Below the pieces are notes generated by a model. That model was not told the origin of the DNA and did not search any database. It saw only the letters and a list, made by a program, of their open reading frames with translations. From Minisyncoccota bacterium (GTDB lineage: Bacteria > Patescibacteriota > Minisyncoccia > Phycocordibacterales > UBA9973), in assembly GCA_041661005.1 (NCBI GenBank), contig JBAZVG010000001.1:6019-70018 (forward strand): a stretch of DNA of 64,000 bases, read 5' to 3'. Shown here one piece after another: positions 51,263 through 62,272 of the stretch. Within the stretch, counting starts at the first letter, position 1, and each line of letters starts with the position of its first letter. Made by a program: the position numbers and the translations under genes.

Positions 51263-52552
51263 ATGCCCAAATCAAATAAAGGCTCGACAGAAAAAACAAG
51301 AAAAATATATTTAGATTATGCGTCCAGTGTGGAATCCAATCCAAGTTCTATACACATGGAAGGGGTGCAAGCCAGAGTCAGGCTTCAAAATGCGCGTAGA
51401 GAAGTTGCAGGTGTGCTTGGCGCAAAATCGGAAGAAATAATCTTTACCAGTGGAGGCACTGAGAGCAACAATCTTGCAATTCAAGGTATGGTTTTGTCTT
51501 TGCAGGGAAAAATGTTGCCCCATATTATAACAACAAACATCGAACACCCGTCTGTTCTTGAAACCTTTAAACTTCTTGAAAAAAGAAAACTTGCGCAAAT
51601 TTCCATAGTGCCCGTAGAAGCGAACGGCATTGTGGATCCAAAAAAAATAAAAAAAGAAATTAAAAAAAATACGGTTCTTGTGTCTGTGATGTATGCCAAT
51701 AATGAAATTGGCACTATCCAGCCCATAAGAGAAATTGCAAAAGAGATCAGACATTTTAGAAAGCAAAAGGAAAAGAAGAAAGGTTTTCTCAGGTCCTCGG
51801 TTCCCTGGGTCCCTCCCCCAGCCAGACCATTCCAAAACCTTTCTTCTTTTCCTTTTTTTCATACCGACGCAGTGCAAGCAGGAAACTATCTAGATTTGAA
51901 TGTAGAGAGATTGGGAGTGGATTTGCTCTCGCTTTCTGGTTCGAAAATTTTTGGTGGGGGTAAAGTTGGAGTGCTTTATAAAAAAAAATCTGTGCCTCTT
52001 GCAAATATATTTGGCGGGGGAAATCAAGAAATGGGATTACGTCCGGGCACGGAAAATTTGCCGGAGATTTTAAAATTTTCCAAGGCGCTTCAATTTACAC
52101 AGAAAGTAAAAGAAAAAGAGGCAAAGAGATTAACTAAACTTCGGGATTATTTTATCGCTTCGCTTCATCAAATTTTTTCCTCCTGCGTCCTTCTCGGATT
52201 ACCGAGTGGGACCCTCGGAAATAAAAAATTCGATGAAGCTTCACTCTTTGTAAATGGTGATTTAAAAGATAGATTGCCGAATAATATAAATATTACTATT
52301 CCAAATATTCCAAGCGATCTTTTGGTCATTGAGCTTTCAGCAAAAGGAATAATGTGTTCATCAAAAAGCGCTTGTGAATCCGGCGATGGCAAAGCGTCAT
52401 ATGTTATTAAAGCAATAAATAAAAATATTTCAGAAGAGGACGGCTCTTTGCGGTTTTCATTAGGAAGAGATACCACAAAAGCAGATATTGATTATACTGT
52501 TAAAGCTTTATCACAAATTTTGACTAAATTAGAAAAGTGGTACACCCGGTAG
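51263..52552 (+). CDS. iscS: Cysteine desulfurase (NifS/IscS family) with two in-frame hairpin insertions
   Basis: YLDYAS, FTSGGTESNN, ANNEIGT, HTDAVQA, RPGTEN, SKSAC. Confidence 0.92.
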   Translation: MPKSNKGSTEKTRKIYLDYASSVESNPSSIHMEGVQARVRLQNARREVAGVLGAKSEEIIFTSGGTESNNLAIQGMVLSLQGKMLPHIITTNIEHPSVLETFKLLEKRKLAQISIVPVEANGIVDPKKIKKEIKKNTVLVSVMYANNEIGTIQPIREIAKEIRHFRKQKEKKKGFLRSSVPWVPPPARPFQNLSSFPFFHTDAVQAGNYLDLNVERLGVDLLSLSGSKIFGGGKVGVLYKKKSVPLANIFGGGNQEMGLRPGTENLPEILKFSKALQFTQKVKEKEAKRLTKLRDYFIASLHQIFSSCVLLGLPSGTLGNKKFDEASLFVNGDLKDRLPNNINITIPNIPSDLLVIELSAKGIMCSSKSACESGDGKASYVIKAINKNISEEDGSLRFSLGRDTTKADIDYTVKALSQILTKLEKWYTR

Positions 52553-52620
52553 TGAATTTTGGTAAGGCACAAAGTGCAGCTCGCAAAACGAGCATTGCCA
52601 AAATCTACTAACCGGGTATA
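52541..52620. repeat. Second copy of the element, overlapping the iscS stop codon
   Basis: Provides the iscS TAG stop and the TATAAT of the next gene. Confidence 0.88.
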
Positions 52621-52628
52621 ATTGAGGG

Positions 52629-53462
52629 ATGGATATCAAGGATTTAAACAAACCACAACTACTGCTTTTGGCTGTGTTGCTTTCTTTTATCACTTCTATT
52701 GCCACAGGCATAACGACGGTGACTTTGATGCAACAAGCACCGGCGTCTTTCACCGTGCCCGTCAATCGTGTCGTCAGACAAACAATAGAAAAAATTCAAC
52801 AAGTGGAAGGCAAAACCACAGTGCAAACTGTCATTGTGAAAGAAGAAGATCTAGTGGTGGATGCTATCGCTAAAAATAAATCAGCCACCTTTGCTGTTAG
52901 TAAAGAATCCCCCGACTTAAATGGGCAGAATGTTGAAGTCTCCATTGGGCGAGGATTCGCGGTTTCCACGGATGGCATAGTTGCAGTTGATAGCGGTTTT
53001 GCAAAAGAGGCTGGGGTTTATTTTTTGAAAAATGATAGCGGGAAGTTCAAAGCTGATTTCTTGCTGGTGGACAAATCCGGTTTTTCACTTCTGAAGATAG
53101 GAGCTCCGCTTGATGAAAAAAGTAAGCCAGTTTTTACCGTGCCAGTTTTTGGTGATTTAAACAAAATGAAAATAGGTCAAAAGATTTTAGTTTTAGGCGA
53201 TACTATATCTTCTTTTATTTTTGAAGGGGATAAGAATATAAAAATTATTAATGTTACAAAATCAAATGCTGGCGCCATCGTGCTGGATCTCGATGGAAAT
53301 GTTTTAGGCATAGCTTTATCTCTCGAAGCTACGTCTTTTGCACCTATTGATGCCATAAAAGATGTCCTGAATGCAAAATTCTCCGAAAATATCAAAACGA
53401 CCATGTCAGCAGCTCCAATACTTGCGCCTTCTACTTCTCCTTCTGTGTCTTCTACGCAGTAA
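52629..53462 (+). CDS. Membrane-anchored trypsin-like protease homologue, catalytic motifs degenerate
   Basis: GRGFAVSTDG, KMKIGQKI, SNAGAIVLDLDG in place of GNSGGP. Confidence 0.7.
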   Translation: MDIKDLNKPQLLLLAVLLSFITSIATGITTVTLMQQAPASFTVPVNRVVRQTIEKIQQVEGKTTVQTVIVKEEDLVVDAIAKNKSATFAVSKESPDLNGQNVEVSIGRGFAVSTDGIVAVDSGFAKEAGVYFLKNDSGKFKADFLLVDKSGFSLLKIGAPLDEKSKPVFTVPVFGDLNKMKIGQKILVLGDTISSFIFEGDKNIKIINVTKSNAGAIVLDLDGNVLGIALSLEATSFAPIDAIKDVLNAKFSENIKTTMSAAPILAPSTSPSVSSTQ

Positions 53463-53519
53463 GAAAGACCACATACACCAGCTTGACAGCTAGTGTATAA
53501 TCTAAAATATATATATAAT

Positions 53520-56273
53520 ATGCCACCATTAAATAAATTTACAACTAAATCAAGGGATGCGATTAAAAAAGCCCACGAGCTTGCCATCGAACGCGGGGTG
53601 AATCATGTTTCATCAGTGCATTTATTGGCTGCATTGCTTCTCCAAGAAGAGAGCATGGTGAATTCAATTTTGGACAAATTGGAAATCGATACAATGCTCT
53701 TGACTGATTCTATTTTAGAATTGATTGAACTACCTGAAAGTCACAATACTCTCTCTCCCTCTTATCAGATTTATCTCAATCCTGATTTGGCGCAAGTCAT
53801 AGATCAATCAGCTAAATTGGCAGAATCAATGAAAGATGATTTTGTTTCGACTGAACATCTTTTTGTTGCAATATTGGAAGTTGCGAGCGAAGCGCGGGAA
53901 GCTTTGGCACGATTTCGAATCCACAAAGATCCTGTCATGAAAGTTCTGGAAGAATTGCGCAGTCAAAATATCACCGATATCACAGAACCAAAGAAGTTTA
54001 AATTACTTTTGAAATATACTAGAAATTTAACCAAATTAGCAAAAGAAGACAAACTGGATCCGGTTATCGGCAGGGATAATGAAATAACGCGTATCATGCA
54101 GATACTTTCGCGTCGGACAAAGAATAATCCTATTTTGATCGGTGAGGCTGGCACCGGAAAGACGGCTGTAGTGGAAGGTTTGGCGCAAATGATAGTCAAA
54201 AATAATGTTCCGGAATCGTTGAAGGACAAAGAGCTCGTTTCTCTCGATCTTGGACTTCTTGTTGCCGGCACAAAGTATCGCGGAGAATTTGAGGAAAGGC
54301 TAAAGGGTATCATGAAAGAAATCGAACGATCGGATGGAAAAGTGATTCTCTTTATTGATGAAATTCACACTATCGTCGGCGCTGGAGGCGCGGAGGGAAC
54401 GATGGATGCCTCGAATATGTTAAAGCCGGCGCTTTCACGTGGAGAGTTGCGCGCTATTGGCGCGACGACGTTGCGAGAATATCAAAAGCATATTGAAAAA
54501 GATCCAGCTCTAGCTCGGCGTTTTCAGCCTGTATATATTGATGAGCCTAGTGTTGAAGATGCCATAGCCATCCTTCGGGGCTTGAAGGAAAAGTATGAGC
54601 TCTTTCATGGTGTTCGTATTACTGATGATGCCATAATCTCTGCGGTGAATCTTTCTGCCCGCTATATCACAAATAGATTTTTGCCCGACAAGGCGGTGGA
54701 TTTGATAGATGAGGCATCATCTTCTCTTAAAATAATGCTGGAAAACAAGCCACCAGTTTTAGAAGATGCTCATAGAAAAATAATGCGTCTGGAAATAGAA
54801 AAGGAGGCTCTCAAAAAAGAGATTGCTGTTTTAAGCGCAGAGAAAGACAGGGAAGAAAAAGAAAAGGCGAAAGAAAAAAATAATGAGATAAAAAATAGGC
54901 TCAAGGAAGTGGACAAGGAGATAGGTAATTTGCATGAGAAAACAAAGGAGCTCGAACTAAAGTGGCAAAATGAGAAAACAATTGTTGTTGAAGTTCGCGC
55001 CATAAAAAAAGATTTAGAGAGTCTGCGATTGGAGGCGGAAGGCGCTGAGATGAAATCGGATCTTTCTCGCGCGGCTGAAATACGTTATGGAAAGATTCCT
55101 GAATTGAAAAAGGATCTAGAGGCAAAGCTTTTACGATTAAAGAAGTTGCAAAAATCGCGCCGAATTTTAAAGGAAGAAATTACAGCGGAAGATATTGCCG
55201 AGGTGGTGGCTCGATGGACGGGAATACCGCTTACAAAGATGCTTGAAGAGGAACGTGAAAAGTTGGAAAAGATGGAATCGGAATTGAGGAAAAGAGTGGT
55301 GGGGCAAGATGAGGCTATAAAGCGTGTGTCGGATGTTATACGGCGTTCTCGCGCCGGCATAGGAGACCCTAATAGACCTATCGGTTCTTTTATTTTTTTG
55401 GGTCCTACTGGGGTGGGCAAGACAGAGCTCACCAAAGCCCTAGGGCAATTTATGTTTAACGACGATCGAGCGATTATTCGTGTGGATATGTCTGAATACA
55501 TGGAAAGACACTCGGTTTCCAAACTCATCGGCTCTCCTCCGGGATATGTGGGTTATGATGAAGCAGGGCAATTGACGGAATCAGTGCGTCATCGTCCGTA
55601 TGCGGTGATACTCTTTGACGAAATTGAGAAAGCGCATCCGGAAGTTTTTAATATGCTTCTGTCGGTTATTGATGAGGGAAGATTGACTGACGGCAAAGGC
55701 AGAGTGGTGAACTTTAAAAATACCATTATAGTTCTTACTTCTAATATCGGTTCACAATTCGTGGAGAAAATGGAATCAATCGGATTCTCCAATAATTCTA
55801 AAAAACAAGATTATAGCAATATGAAAGAAAAAGTTCTGGAAGCGCTGAAAGACAATTTCCGTCCGGAATTTTTAAATCGTCTCGATGAGATTGTTGTTTT
55901 TGATGTCTTATCGGAATCAGCTATTGCTGAAATAGTTAGCTTGAGAATAAAAGTAGTTGTAGATAGACTAGCAACCAAGGGGATTAATTTCGAGATTTCT
56001 AATGAGGCATTGTCGCATCTAGCAAAAGAAGGTTATGATCCGCACTATGGAGCTCGTCCCTTAAACCGCTTGATTCAGAATAAAATCTTGAACCCTGTTG
56101 CCTCTTATATTATTTCAAACGGAGTAAAGAAAGGGGATACTGTGTTTGTCTCAACAAAGAACAACGAGCTGGTCATTGAAACTAAAAAAGGTAAAAATCA
56201 CCACCGCCTCTGGAGGAGTCCCGCAGAAAGCGGGAAAAGCACATTTCATGTGCGATCTAGGTCGTCGGTTTAA
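53520..56273 (+). CDS. clpB: Chaperone ClpB (start likely MPPLNKFT)
   Basis: Two AAA+ domains ([16 protein letters not shown]), long coiled-coil M-domain, YGARPL. Confidence 0.96.
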   Translation: MPPLNKFTTKSRDAIKKAHELAIERGVNHVSSVHLLAALLLQEESMVNSILDKLEIDTMLLTDSILELIELPESHNTLSPSYQIYLNPDLAQVIDQSAKLAESMKDDFVSTEHLFVAILEVASEAREALARFRIHKDPVMKVLEELRSQNITDITEPKKFKLLLKYTRNLTKLAKEDKLDPVIGRDNEITRIMQILSRRTKNNPILIGEAGTGKTAVVEGLAQMIVKNNVPESLKDKELVSLDLGLLVAGTKYRGEFEERLKGIMKEIERSDGKVILFIDEIHTIVGAGGAEGTMDASNMLKPALSRGELRAIGATTLREYQKHIEKDPALARRFQPVYIDEPSVEDAIAILRGLKEKYELFHGVRITDDAIISAVNLSARYITNRFLPDKAVDLIDEASSSLKIMLENKPPVLEDAHRKIMRLEIEKEALKKEIAVLSAEKDREEKEKAKEKNNEIKNRLKEVDKEIGNLHEKTKELELKWQNEKTIVVEVRAIKKDLESLRLEAEGAEMKSDLSRAAEIRYGKIPELKKDLEAKLLRLKKLQKSRRILKEEITAEDIAEVVARWTGIPLTKMLEEEREKLEKMESELRKRVVGQDEAIKRVSDVIRRSRAGIGDPNRPIGSFIFLGPTGVGKTELTKALGQFMFNDDRAIIRVDMSEYMERHSVSKLIGSPPGYVGYDEAGQLTESVRHRPYAVILFDEIEKAHPEVFNMLLSVIDEGRLTDGKGRVVNFKNTIIVLTSNIGSQFVEKMESIGFSNNSKKQDYSNMKEKVLEALKDNFRPEFLNRLDEIVVFDVLSESAIAEIVSLRIKVVVDRLATKGINFEISNEALSHLAKEGYDPHYGARPLNRLIQNKILNPVASYIISNGVKKGDTVFVSTKNNELVIETKKGKNHHRLWRSPAESGKSTFHVRSRSSV

Positions 56274-56333
56274 AGGAAATGAAAAACAAAAAACCCGTCT
56301 TGCGACAAGTTTTTTTGTTGCGGGACGGGATGA

Positions 56334-56507
56334 TTAAGGTTTTTTCCTCTGTCCTGACTTCAATTCCTTACCAAGGGCTTGAAGATCAAGCAGCAATTTA
56401 TGCAACGAGGAATCCAAAGTGCCGTTTTGGTGTCTGCGATATCGCCGGCGACCAAGATTTCTGCCTGCGATTTTGCAAAGGCCAATAGGGATGAGGTTGG
56501 TTTTCAT
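56334..56507 (-). CDS. 57 aa basic hypothetical protein
   Basis: Manual ORF MKTNLIPIG...GQRKKP ending before the terminator hairpin at 56287-56317. Confidence 0.35.
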   Translation of the reverse strand: MKTNLIPIGLCKIAGRNLGRRRYRRHQNGTLDSSLHKLLLDLQALGKELKSGQRKKP

Positions 56508-56660
56508 ATTGTGCTAGCTGATTTCTTTTGTTGATCAACATTGTAGTTGCAACAATCGTGTTTTCCACTAAAGTATCATCTAATCTTTATAAAATGTTAA
56601 AATGAATATGTAGTAGAGTAGTCAATTGCAACTTATTCTAGATAGTGTTATCATTAGATA

Positions 56661-57473
56661 ATGGTTAGACGTTGGACAAAAAAAGAAGAAGGCAAGTATC
56701 GATCAGAACTTTTTAAGATTTATGTTAAACAGAATAAAAGTTTGGGTGAGGTTTCAAAAATTTTAGATATATCGGAGCAAGCAGTTTTTCGAAGATTGGG
56801 GCGTTTGGGGATTAAAACACAACCGCATTTAAAAAAGAATTACTTAAAAAAGCGGATTGATGTACGAATTCCAGATAAATACTCTGAAGATCTGGCGGAA
56901 TTTTTTGGTATTATGCTTGGTGATGGGCATATAAGTCATTTTCAAGTTGTGGTTAGCTTGGGTAATAAAGAAGAAAAATATGCAGAATATGTCAAATCGC
57001 TTATCAAGAAAATATTTAAGACGAATGTAAAAATTTCCCTTCGAAGTAAGGGATACCGAGATGTTTATCTTGGTTCAGTGGCTATAACATCATGGCTCCT
57101 TAAGGAAGGGCTTGTTCACAATAAGGTCAAATCACAGGTCGATGTGCCAATGTGGATATTTAGTAAAAATAATTTTATAAAGCGTTTTTTAAGGGGATTT
57201 TTTGACACTGACGGATCGGTATACAAATTAAAATATGGTATTCAAGTGTCCTTTTGCAATCGGTCTTTACCGATACTTCTATCTTTACAAAAGATGCTTA
57301 AAAAGTTAGAATACAATCCGTCACGTTTAAGTTCGTATAATATGTATCTTACTAAAAGGGAAGATGTTAAAAGATTTTTTCAGGAGATCAAACCATCTAA
57401 TCCTAAACATGTAAGTAGATATTTAAACATTTCAAACAACATGCGTCGGTCGGATAGTGGCTATTCCAGGTGA
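56661..57473 (+). CDS. Free-standing LAGLIDADG endonuclease with N-terminal HTH
   Basis: LAEFFGIMLGDG and FLRGFFDTDG motifs. Confidence 0.9.
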   Translation: MVRRWTKKEEGKYRSELFKIYVKQNKSLGEVSKILDISEQAVFRRLGRLGIKTQPHLKKNYLKKRIDVRIPDKYSEDLAEFFGIMLGDGHISHFQVVVSLGNKEEKYAEYVKSLIKKIFKTNVKISLRSKGYRDVYLGSVAITSWLLKEGLVHNKVKSQVDVPMWIFSKNNFIKRFLRGFFDTDGSVYKLKYGIQVSFCNRSLPILLSLQKMLKKLEYNPSRLSSYNMYLTKREDVKRFFQEIKPSNPKHVSRYLNISNNMRRSDSGYSR

Positions 57474-57524
57474 CTGTAAATCACCCGCCTTCGGGCATCG
57501 TTGGTTCGAGTCCAACCCGGCGCA
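57443..57524 (+). tRNA. tRNA-Tyr(GTA)
   Basis: GCGTCGG/CCGGCGC-A; ggtga-ctGTAaa-tcacc; long variable arm. Confidence 0.92.
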
Positions 57525-57585
57525 CAATAAAAATCCACCTTTTTACTTCATGAAGTTTTCATCTATACTGTAATAGTATAGATAT

Positions 57586-58128
57586 ATGTTAAAATTTGTT
57601 TTATCAATATTCATTATAACGTCTTTTGGATTTTACGTTTTTCAGCAGAACGTGATTGGTTCTGCTAATATTCCATCAGTGCCGGTGGTTGCTACTGGTC
57701 CTAACGGCGCAGACAACAGTACAAAAAAAACTACTAAGCCTACTACGGTCGTTAGAACCACTCCTGTTGTAAATAATCCTCCTTCTAAATCTATGATGAA
57801 TAATGGGGGGATGATGGGAGGCGGAGGAATGATGAATCAAGGCACTTTTAGAAATGGTGAATATGTAGGCTCTGTTGCTGATGCTTATTATGGATATGTG
57901 CAGGTGAAAGCGGTTATCACAAACGGCAAGCTTTCGGATGTTATTTTTCTGGATTATCCTCAAAGCAGATCAACTTCTGTTCGGATTAATTCATACGCCA
58001 TGCCTATTTTGAAACGAGAAGCCATCATCGCTCAAAGCGCGAATGTTGATGCTGTTTCAGGAGCGTCTGCTACCAGCCCGGCTTTTGTGAAATCTTTAAC
58101 ATCTGCTCTCAATCAGGCAAGAATATAA
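57586..58128 (+). CDS. Extracytoplasmic FMN-binding (flavinylated) protein
   Basis: YGYVQV...VDAVSGASATS flavinylation motif; Met/Gly-rich linker. Confidence 0.9.
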   Translation: MLKFVLSIFIITSFGFYVFQQNVIGSANIPSVPVVATGPNGADNSTKKTTKPTTVVRTTPVVNNPPSKSMMNNGGMMGGGGMMNQGTFRNGEYVGSVADAYYGYVQVKAVITNGKLSDVIFLDYPQSRSTSVRINSYAMPILKREAIIAQSANVDAVSGASATSPAFVKSLTSALNQARI

Positions 58129-58205
58129 AATATTACTTGTCCCGTACTAAATTTTAGATTACGGGACATAAAGATAGACATTATTAATAAAATTTTAGTA
58201 CTGGG

Positions 58206-58949
58206 ATGAAAAAACAAAGAACTATAATGGGAATGTTGGCAGTTGTAGAAATAGTTGATTTAAATGCGACTGATAGGATATTTGAAGAAGTTTTTGATTA
58301 TCTGGTTTCTGCGGACGAAAGATTCAGCACATATAAAAAAAATAGTGAAATAACTTTATTTAATGAAGGGAAAAAAATTGATAAAAAAAACTTGAGTACT
58401 GATATGAAAGAAGTTCTTGAGCTTTCGGAAGAGACAAAGAAAACCACGAATGGATTTTTTGACATTACGCGCAATGGAAAAATCGATCCATCTGGTCTTG
58501 TAAAGGGTTGGGCAATTCGTAACGCATCGCTTATCTTGCGAGATAGGGGGTTTGAAAACTTTTATGTAGAAATTGCCGGTGATATCGAGGTTGCGGGATT
58601 AAATAGCGAGGGGAAAAAGTGGGCTATCGGCGTCAGAAATCCATTTAATAAAACAGAGAATGTAAAGGTGGTGTATTTAAGCGAGAGTGGAATTGCCACT
58701 TCTGGCACATATGAAAGGGGAGGCCATATTTACAATCCTAAACAATCGGATGGAATGATCGGGGATGATGTTGTTAGCTTGACGGTGATAGGTCCGAATA
58801 TTTACGAAGCTGACAGATTTGCAACCGCGGCTTTCGCCATGGGTAAAGACGGAATATTGTTTATAGAAAAATTGCCTGGTTTTGAGGGATATATGATTGA
58901 TAAAGATGGTGTTGCAACATTAACAACTGGATTTGAAAAATATACATAG
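58206..58949 (+). CDS. apbE: FAD:protein FMN transferase
   Basis: FSTYKKNSEI, DPSGLVKGWA, GDI, IATSGTYERG.HI, ADRFATA. Confidence 0.93.
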   Translation: MKKQRTIMGMLAVVEIVDLNATDRIFEEVFDYLVSADERFSTYKKNSEITLFNEGKKIDKKNLSTDMKEVLELSEETKKTTNGFFDITRNGKIDPSGLVKGWAIRNASLILRDRGFENFYVEIAGDIEVAGLNSEGKKWAIGVRNPFNKTENVKVVYLSESGIATSGTYERGGHIYNPKQSDGMIGDDVVSLTVIGPNIYEADRFATAAFAMGKDGILFIEKLPGFEGYMIDKDGVATLTTGFEKYT

Positions 58950-58950
58950 C

Positions 58951-60480
58951 ATGAAACCTGTCATTAAGTTTATGGATGATTTCTTAAATAGGACAACGAT
59001 GTACAAAGTAGTTTTGTATTACTTGATTGTCCTTTGGATAGTAGCATTTGTATTCAGTTTTTTTAATTTATTGTCTTTTACGCCGATCTCAATGATGATT
59101 TCTTTGGCTATCTTGCTTAGTGCCTCTTACATTACCAATCGCGCTTTTGCCTATGTTTTTAGAGTTCCGGCCAATGCGGAATCTATTTATATTTCTGTTT
59201 TTATTCTTGCATTGATTATTACTCCCGCATTGACACTCGCTGAATATATTTTTCTTGGTTGGGTTGGGATTTTAGCCATGGCATCAAAATATATTTTTGC
59301 CATTAAACATAAACATGTTTTCAATCCGGCAGCATTAGCTGTTGCGGTCACCGCTTTTTTTCTTAACCAAGGCGCAAGTTGGTGGATTGGGACGATTTCA
59401 ATGATGCCGTTTGTATTTTTAGGTGGATTGATTATTGTCCGAAAAATTAAAAGAAAAGATCTCACTTTTAGTTTTTTCATCGTCGCTCTCTTCACTATCG
59501 TGATTTCTAGCTTATCAAGTGGTGGAGACGTTGTCAGCACTCTAAACAGAACGATATTTTATTCTCCAATTTTGTTTTTCACATTCTTTATGATCACCGA
59601 TCCGCTAACTGCACCATCTTCGCGATTTTTGCGTATTTTATATGGAATAGTTGTGGGATTTATGTTTGCTCCAGCAGTACACATAGGAGCATTTTATTTT
59701 ACTCCCGAAATCGCATTGTTGTCTGGAAATATATTTTCTTATCTGGTCAGCTCAAAGAAGAGATTGATGTTGAAACTTAAAAAGATTGTTCAACATACTT
59801 CCGATACCGTTTCGTTTATTTTTACCCCCGATTCTTCGTTTGTTTTCAAGCCGGGGCAATATTTGGAATGGACTTTAGGGCATCATGGAATGGATAGTCG
59901 TGGTAATAGGCGTTATTTTACGATTGCTTCCTCTCCCACAGAAAAAGAATTGCATCTGGGTGTTAAATTTTATCCAAATGGGAGCAGTTTCAAAAAGGCA
60001 TTGTCGGGCATGAATGACGACGACACTATTTTTGCTTCACAACTTTCGGGAGATTTCGTTTTGCCGAGAGACAAGAAAAAGAAACTGGTTTTTATCGCTG
60101 GTGGTATCGGCATTACTCCTTTCAGGAGTATGATCAAGTATTTGATTGATACGCAACAAAAGAGAGATATATTTTTGATTTATTCTAATAAAAAAGAAAC
60201 AGATATAGTCTATAAAAATATTTTTGATCAAGCTTCTTATGATTTTGGTTTGAAAACGATCTACACATTGACTGATATGGAAGATGAGCAAACAAATTGG
60301 AATGGAAGGAGAGGATTTATTGATGGAAAAATGATATTGGAAGAAATAAAAGATTGGCGCGAAAGAACTTTTTATATTTCTGGTCCTCCCTCGATGGTTT
60401 CCGACACCGAAAAAATAATTAAAAATTTGGGTCTCAGTGGCAAGCAAATAAAAACCGACTTTTTTCCGGGGTTTGCCTAA
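58951..60480 (+). CDS. NqrB/RnfD-like membrane domain fused to an FNR-type FAD/NAD(P) oxidoreductase
   Basis: SKY...HVFNPA, FFMITDP; PGQY, RRYFTIASSP, IAGGIGITPF, YISGPP. Confidence 0.88.
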   Translation: MKPVIKFMDDFLNRTTMYKVVLYYLIVLWIVAFVFSFFNLLSFTPISMMISLAILLSASYITNRAFAYVFRVPANAESIYISVFILALIITPALTLAEYIFLGWVGILAMASKYIFAIKHKHVFNPAALAVAVTAFFLNQGASWWIGTISMMPFVFLGGLIIVRKIKRKDLTFSFFIVALFTIVISSLSSGGDVVSTLNRTIFYSPILFFTFFMITDPLTAPSSRFLRILYGIVVGFMFAPAVHIGAFYFTPEIALLSGNIFSYLVSSKKRLMLKLKKIVQHTSDTVSFIFTPDSSFVFKPGQYLEWTLGHHGMDSRGNRRYFTIASSPTEKELHLGVKFYPNGSSFKKALSGMNDDDTIFASQLSGDFVLPRDKKKKLVFIAGGIGITPFRSMIKYLIDTQQKRDIFLIYSNKKETDIVYKNIFDQASYDFGLKTIYTLTDMEDEQTNWNGRRGFIDGKMILEEIKDWRERTFYISGPPSMVSDTEKIIKNLGLSGKQIKTDFFPGFA

Positions 60481-60528
60481 GAATTCATTCTTCATGAAAT
60501 TTTCATCTTACAGTGATATCATGTAGGC

Positions 60529-61197
60529 ATGAAGATATTAGTTGTTGAGGATAATAAAAAGCTGGCAGAAAACCTAAAGCAGGGGCTTACCCAAGAAGGG
60601 TATGCTGTGGATGTGATTGAAGATGGGCTTGTGGCAGAACGTCGAATCTTAATTAATCGTGATGAATATGATCTTGTTATTCTCGATCGAATGCTTCCTG
60701 GAAAAGACGGGACTTCAGTATGTGCTTCTTGGCGTGAAAATGATGTCATCGTTCCAGTACTGATGCTGACTGCTCTCGATACTACGGATGATAAGGTCAT
60801 AGGTCTAGATGCAGGCGCGGATGATTATCTAACCAAACCTTTTGCTTTCAAAGAACTTTTAGCTCGTATCCATGCGTTGTTGCGACGTCCAAAACAAAGC
60901 ATACCCTCGGTGCTTATTTCTGGAGATATTAGTGTCAACACCACGAGCAGAATCGTAACTCTTAAAAATAAACCAATTTCTCTAACCCTGAAAGAGTTTA
61001 TGGTGTTAGAATATCTAATGCGCAATCAGAAGAAGGTGTTTACTAGAGATGAGCTTTATTCGCATGCTTGGGATTTTGCGGACTCATCTTTTAGTAATAC
61101 TGTCGATGTGCATATAAAAAATCTACGAAAGAAAATAAATGATAATGGAAAAATTATACAAACAATTCGTGGAGTTGGTTATAAGATGGAAGGTTAG
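60529..61197 (+). CDS. OmpR-family response regulator
   Basis: LVVEDN, ILDRMLP, GADDYLTKPF, TIRGVGY. Confidence 0.96.
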   Translation: MKILVVEDNKKLAENLKQGLTQEGYAVDVIEDGLVAERRILINRDEYDLVILDRMLPGKDGTSVCASWRENDVIVPVLMLTALDTTDDKVIGLDAGADDYLTKPFAFKELLARIHALLRRPKQSIPSVLISGDISVNTTSRIVTLKNKPISLTLKEFMVLEYLMRNQKKVFTRDELYSHAWDFADSSFSNTVDVHIKNLRKKINDNGKIIQTIRGVGYKMEG

Positions 61198-62170
61198 TCG
61201 CAAGATTGATGAATTCTTTATTGCGCGACTTCGTCTTACTTTTTATTATTCCATCACGGCAATAATAATTTTAGGTGGTTCGAGTATTATACTTTATAAA
61301 ACAATTCTTTCGAATCTAACGGATTCTATTTCAGAGGATATATTTTTAGATCCGCGTATTTATCAAGCAGTCATAGATAGAGCGCAGGATATACTGCTCA
61401 ATCGTTTTTTAACGATAGACCTTATCATAATATTTTTTATTATAATATTGGGTTTCTTGCTTACTCACAAAACATTGGAACCGATTCGGTCTAATATGCA
61501 AAAACAAAAGAGGTTTATTGCGGATGCATCGCACGAGCTCCGCACTCCTATTGCCGTAGTTATCTCTGGTCTTGAGGTTAACCTTAATAATAAAAAGTTG
61601 GATTTGACTTTGGCCAAAAAAACACTTGAAAATACTTTGGATGAAATGAGAGAATTTTCAAAACTCAGCAATAGTCTACTTGATTTATCAAAATATGACA
61701 TGAGAGTGCAAATAGGGTATGAACCCATAGCCATGAGTATATTGGTAAAATCTATCGTAGAAAAAAATAAGAGTCTAGCGAAACAAAAAGATATAAATAT
61801 TGAAACAAAAATAGAATCATCGGCAATGGTTTTTGGCAACAAGATGGAGTTAGGCCGAGTATTTTTTAATATTTTAGATAATGCTATTAAATATACTCCG
61901 CCCAACGGAATTATATCTATCTTGGATAAAGTTTCTAACGGTAAATATATTGTAATCATAAGCGACAACGGCAATGGTATTTCGAAAGATACTTTGGATA
62001 AAATTTTTGATCCATTTTTTAGAGGAGATTTGTCTCGAAGTACGGATGGCGCGGGGCTCGGGCTCACTTTGGCAAAAAAAATCATTGAAAATCACAAGGG
62101 GACTATCTCCATCAAGAGTCAAGTAAACAAGGGCACTAGCGTGGCCATATCTTTACCTATCTCTTCATGA
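61139..62170 (+). CDS. Sensor histidine kinase
   Basis: ASHELRTP, NILDNAIKY, DNGNGI, GAGLGL. Confidence 0.95.
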   Translation: MIMEKLYKQFVELVIRWKVSRKIDEFFIARLRLTFYYSITAIIILGGSSIILYKTILSNLTDSISEDIFLDPRIYQAVIDRAQDILLNRFLTIDLIIIFFIIILGFLLTHKTLEPIRSNMQKQKRFIADASHELRTPIAVVISGLEVNLNNKKLDLTLAKKTLENTLDEMREFSKLSNSLLDLSKYDMRVQIGYEPIAMSILVKSIVEKNKSLAKQKDINIETKIESSAMVFGNKMELGRVFFNILDNAIKYTPPNGIISILDKVSNGKYIVIISDNGNGISKDTLDKIFDPFFRGDLSRSTDGAGLGLTLAKKIIENHKGTISIKSQVNKGTSVAISLPISS

Positions 62171-62272
62171 TAACTTCATTTTATAGATTTATAATATACA
62201 CATACATTATGGTCATTATGTATGGACATTATTAAATTAATAGTTATTATTTTTTAATTTTTAAAATTATAT

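Noticed and set aside
53468-53503. TTGACA...TATAAT as the clpB promoter or a CIRCE element
   Set aside because: The spacer is only 7 nt, and the inverted repeat here does not match the CIRCE consensus
56661-57524. Group I intron or intein hosting the LAGLIDADG gene
   Set aside because: tRNA-Tyr is uninterrupted; no flanking exons, intron core or splicing motifs seen
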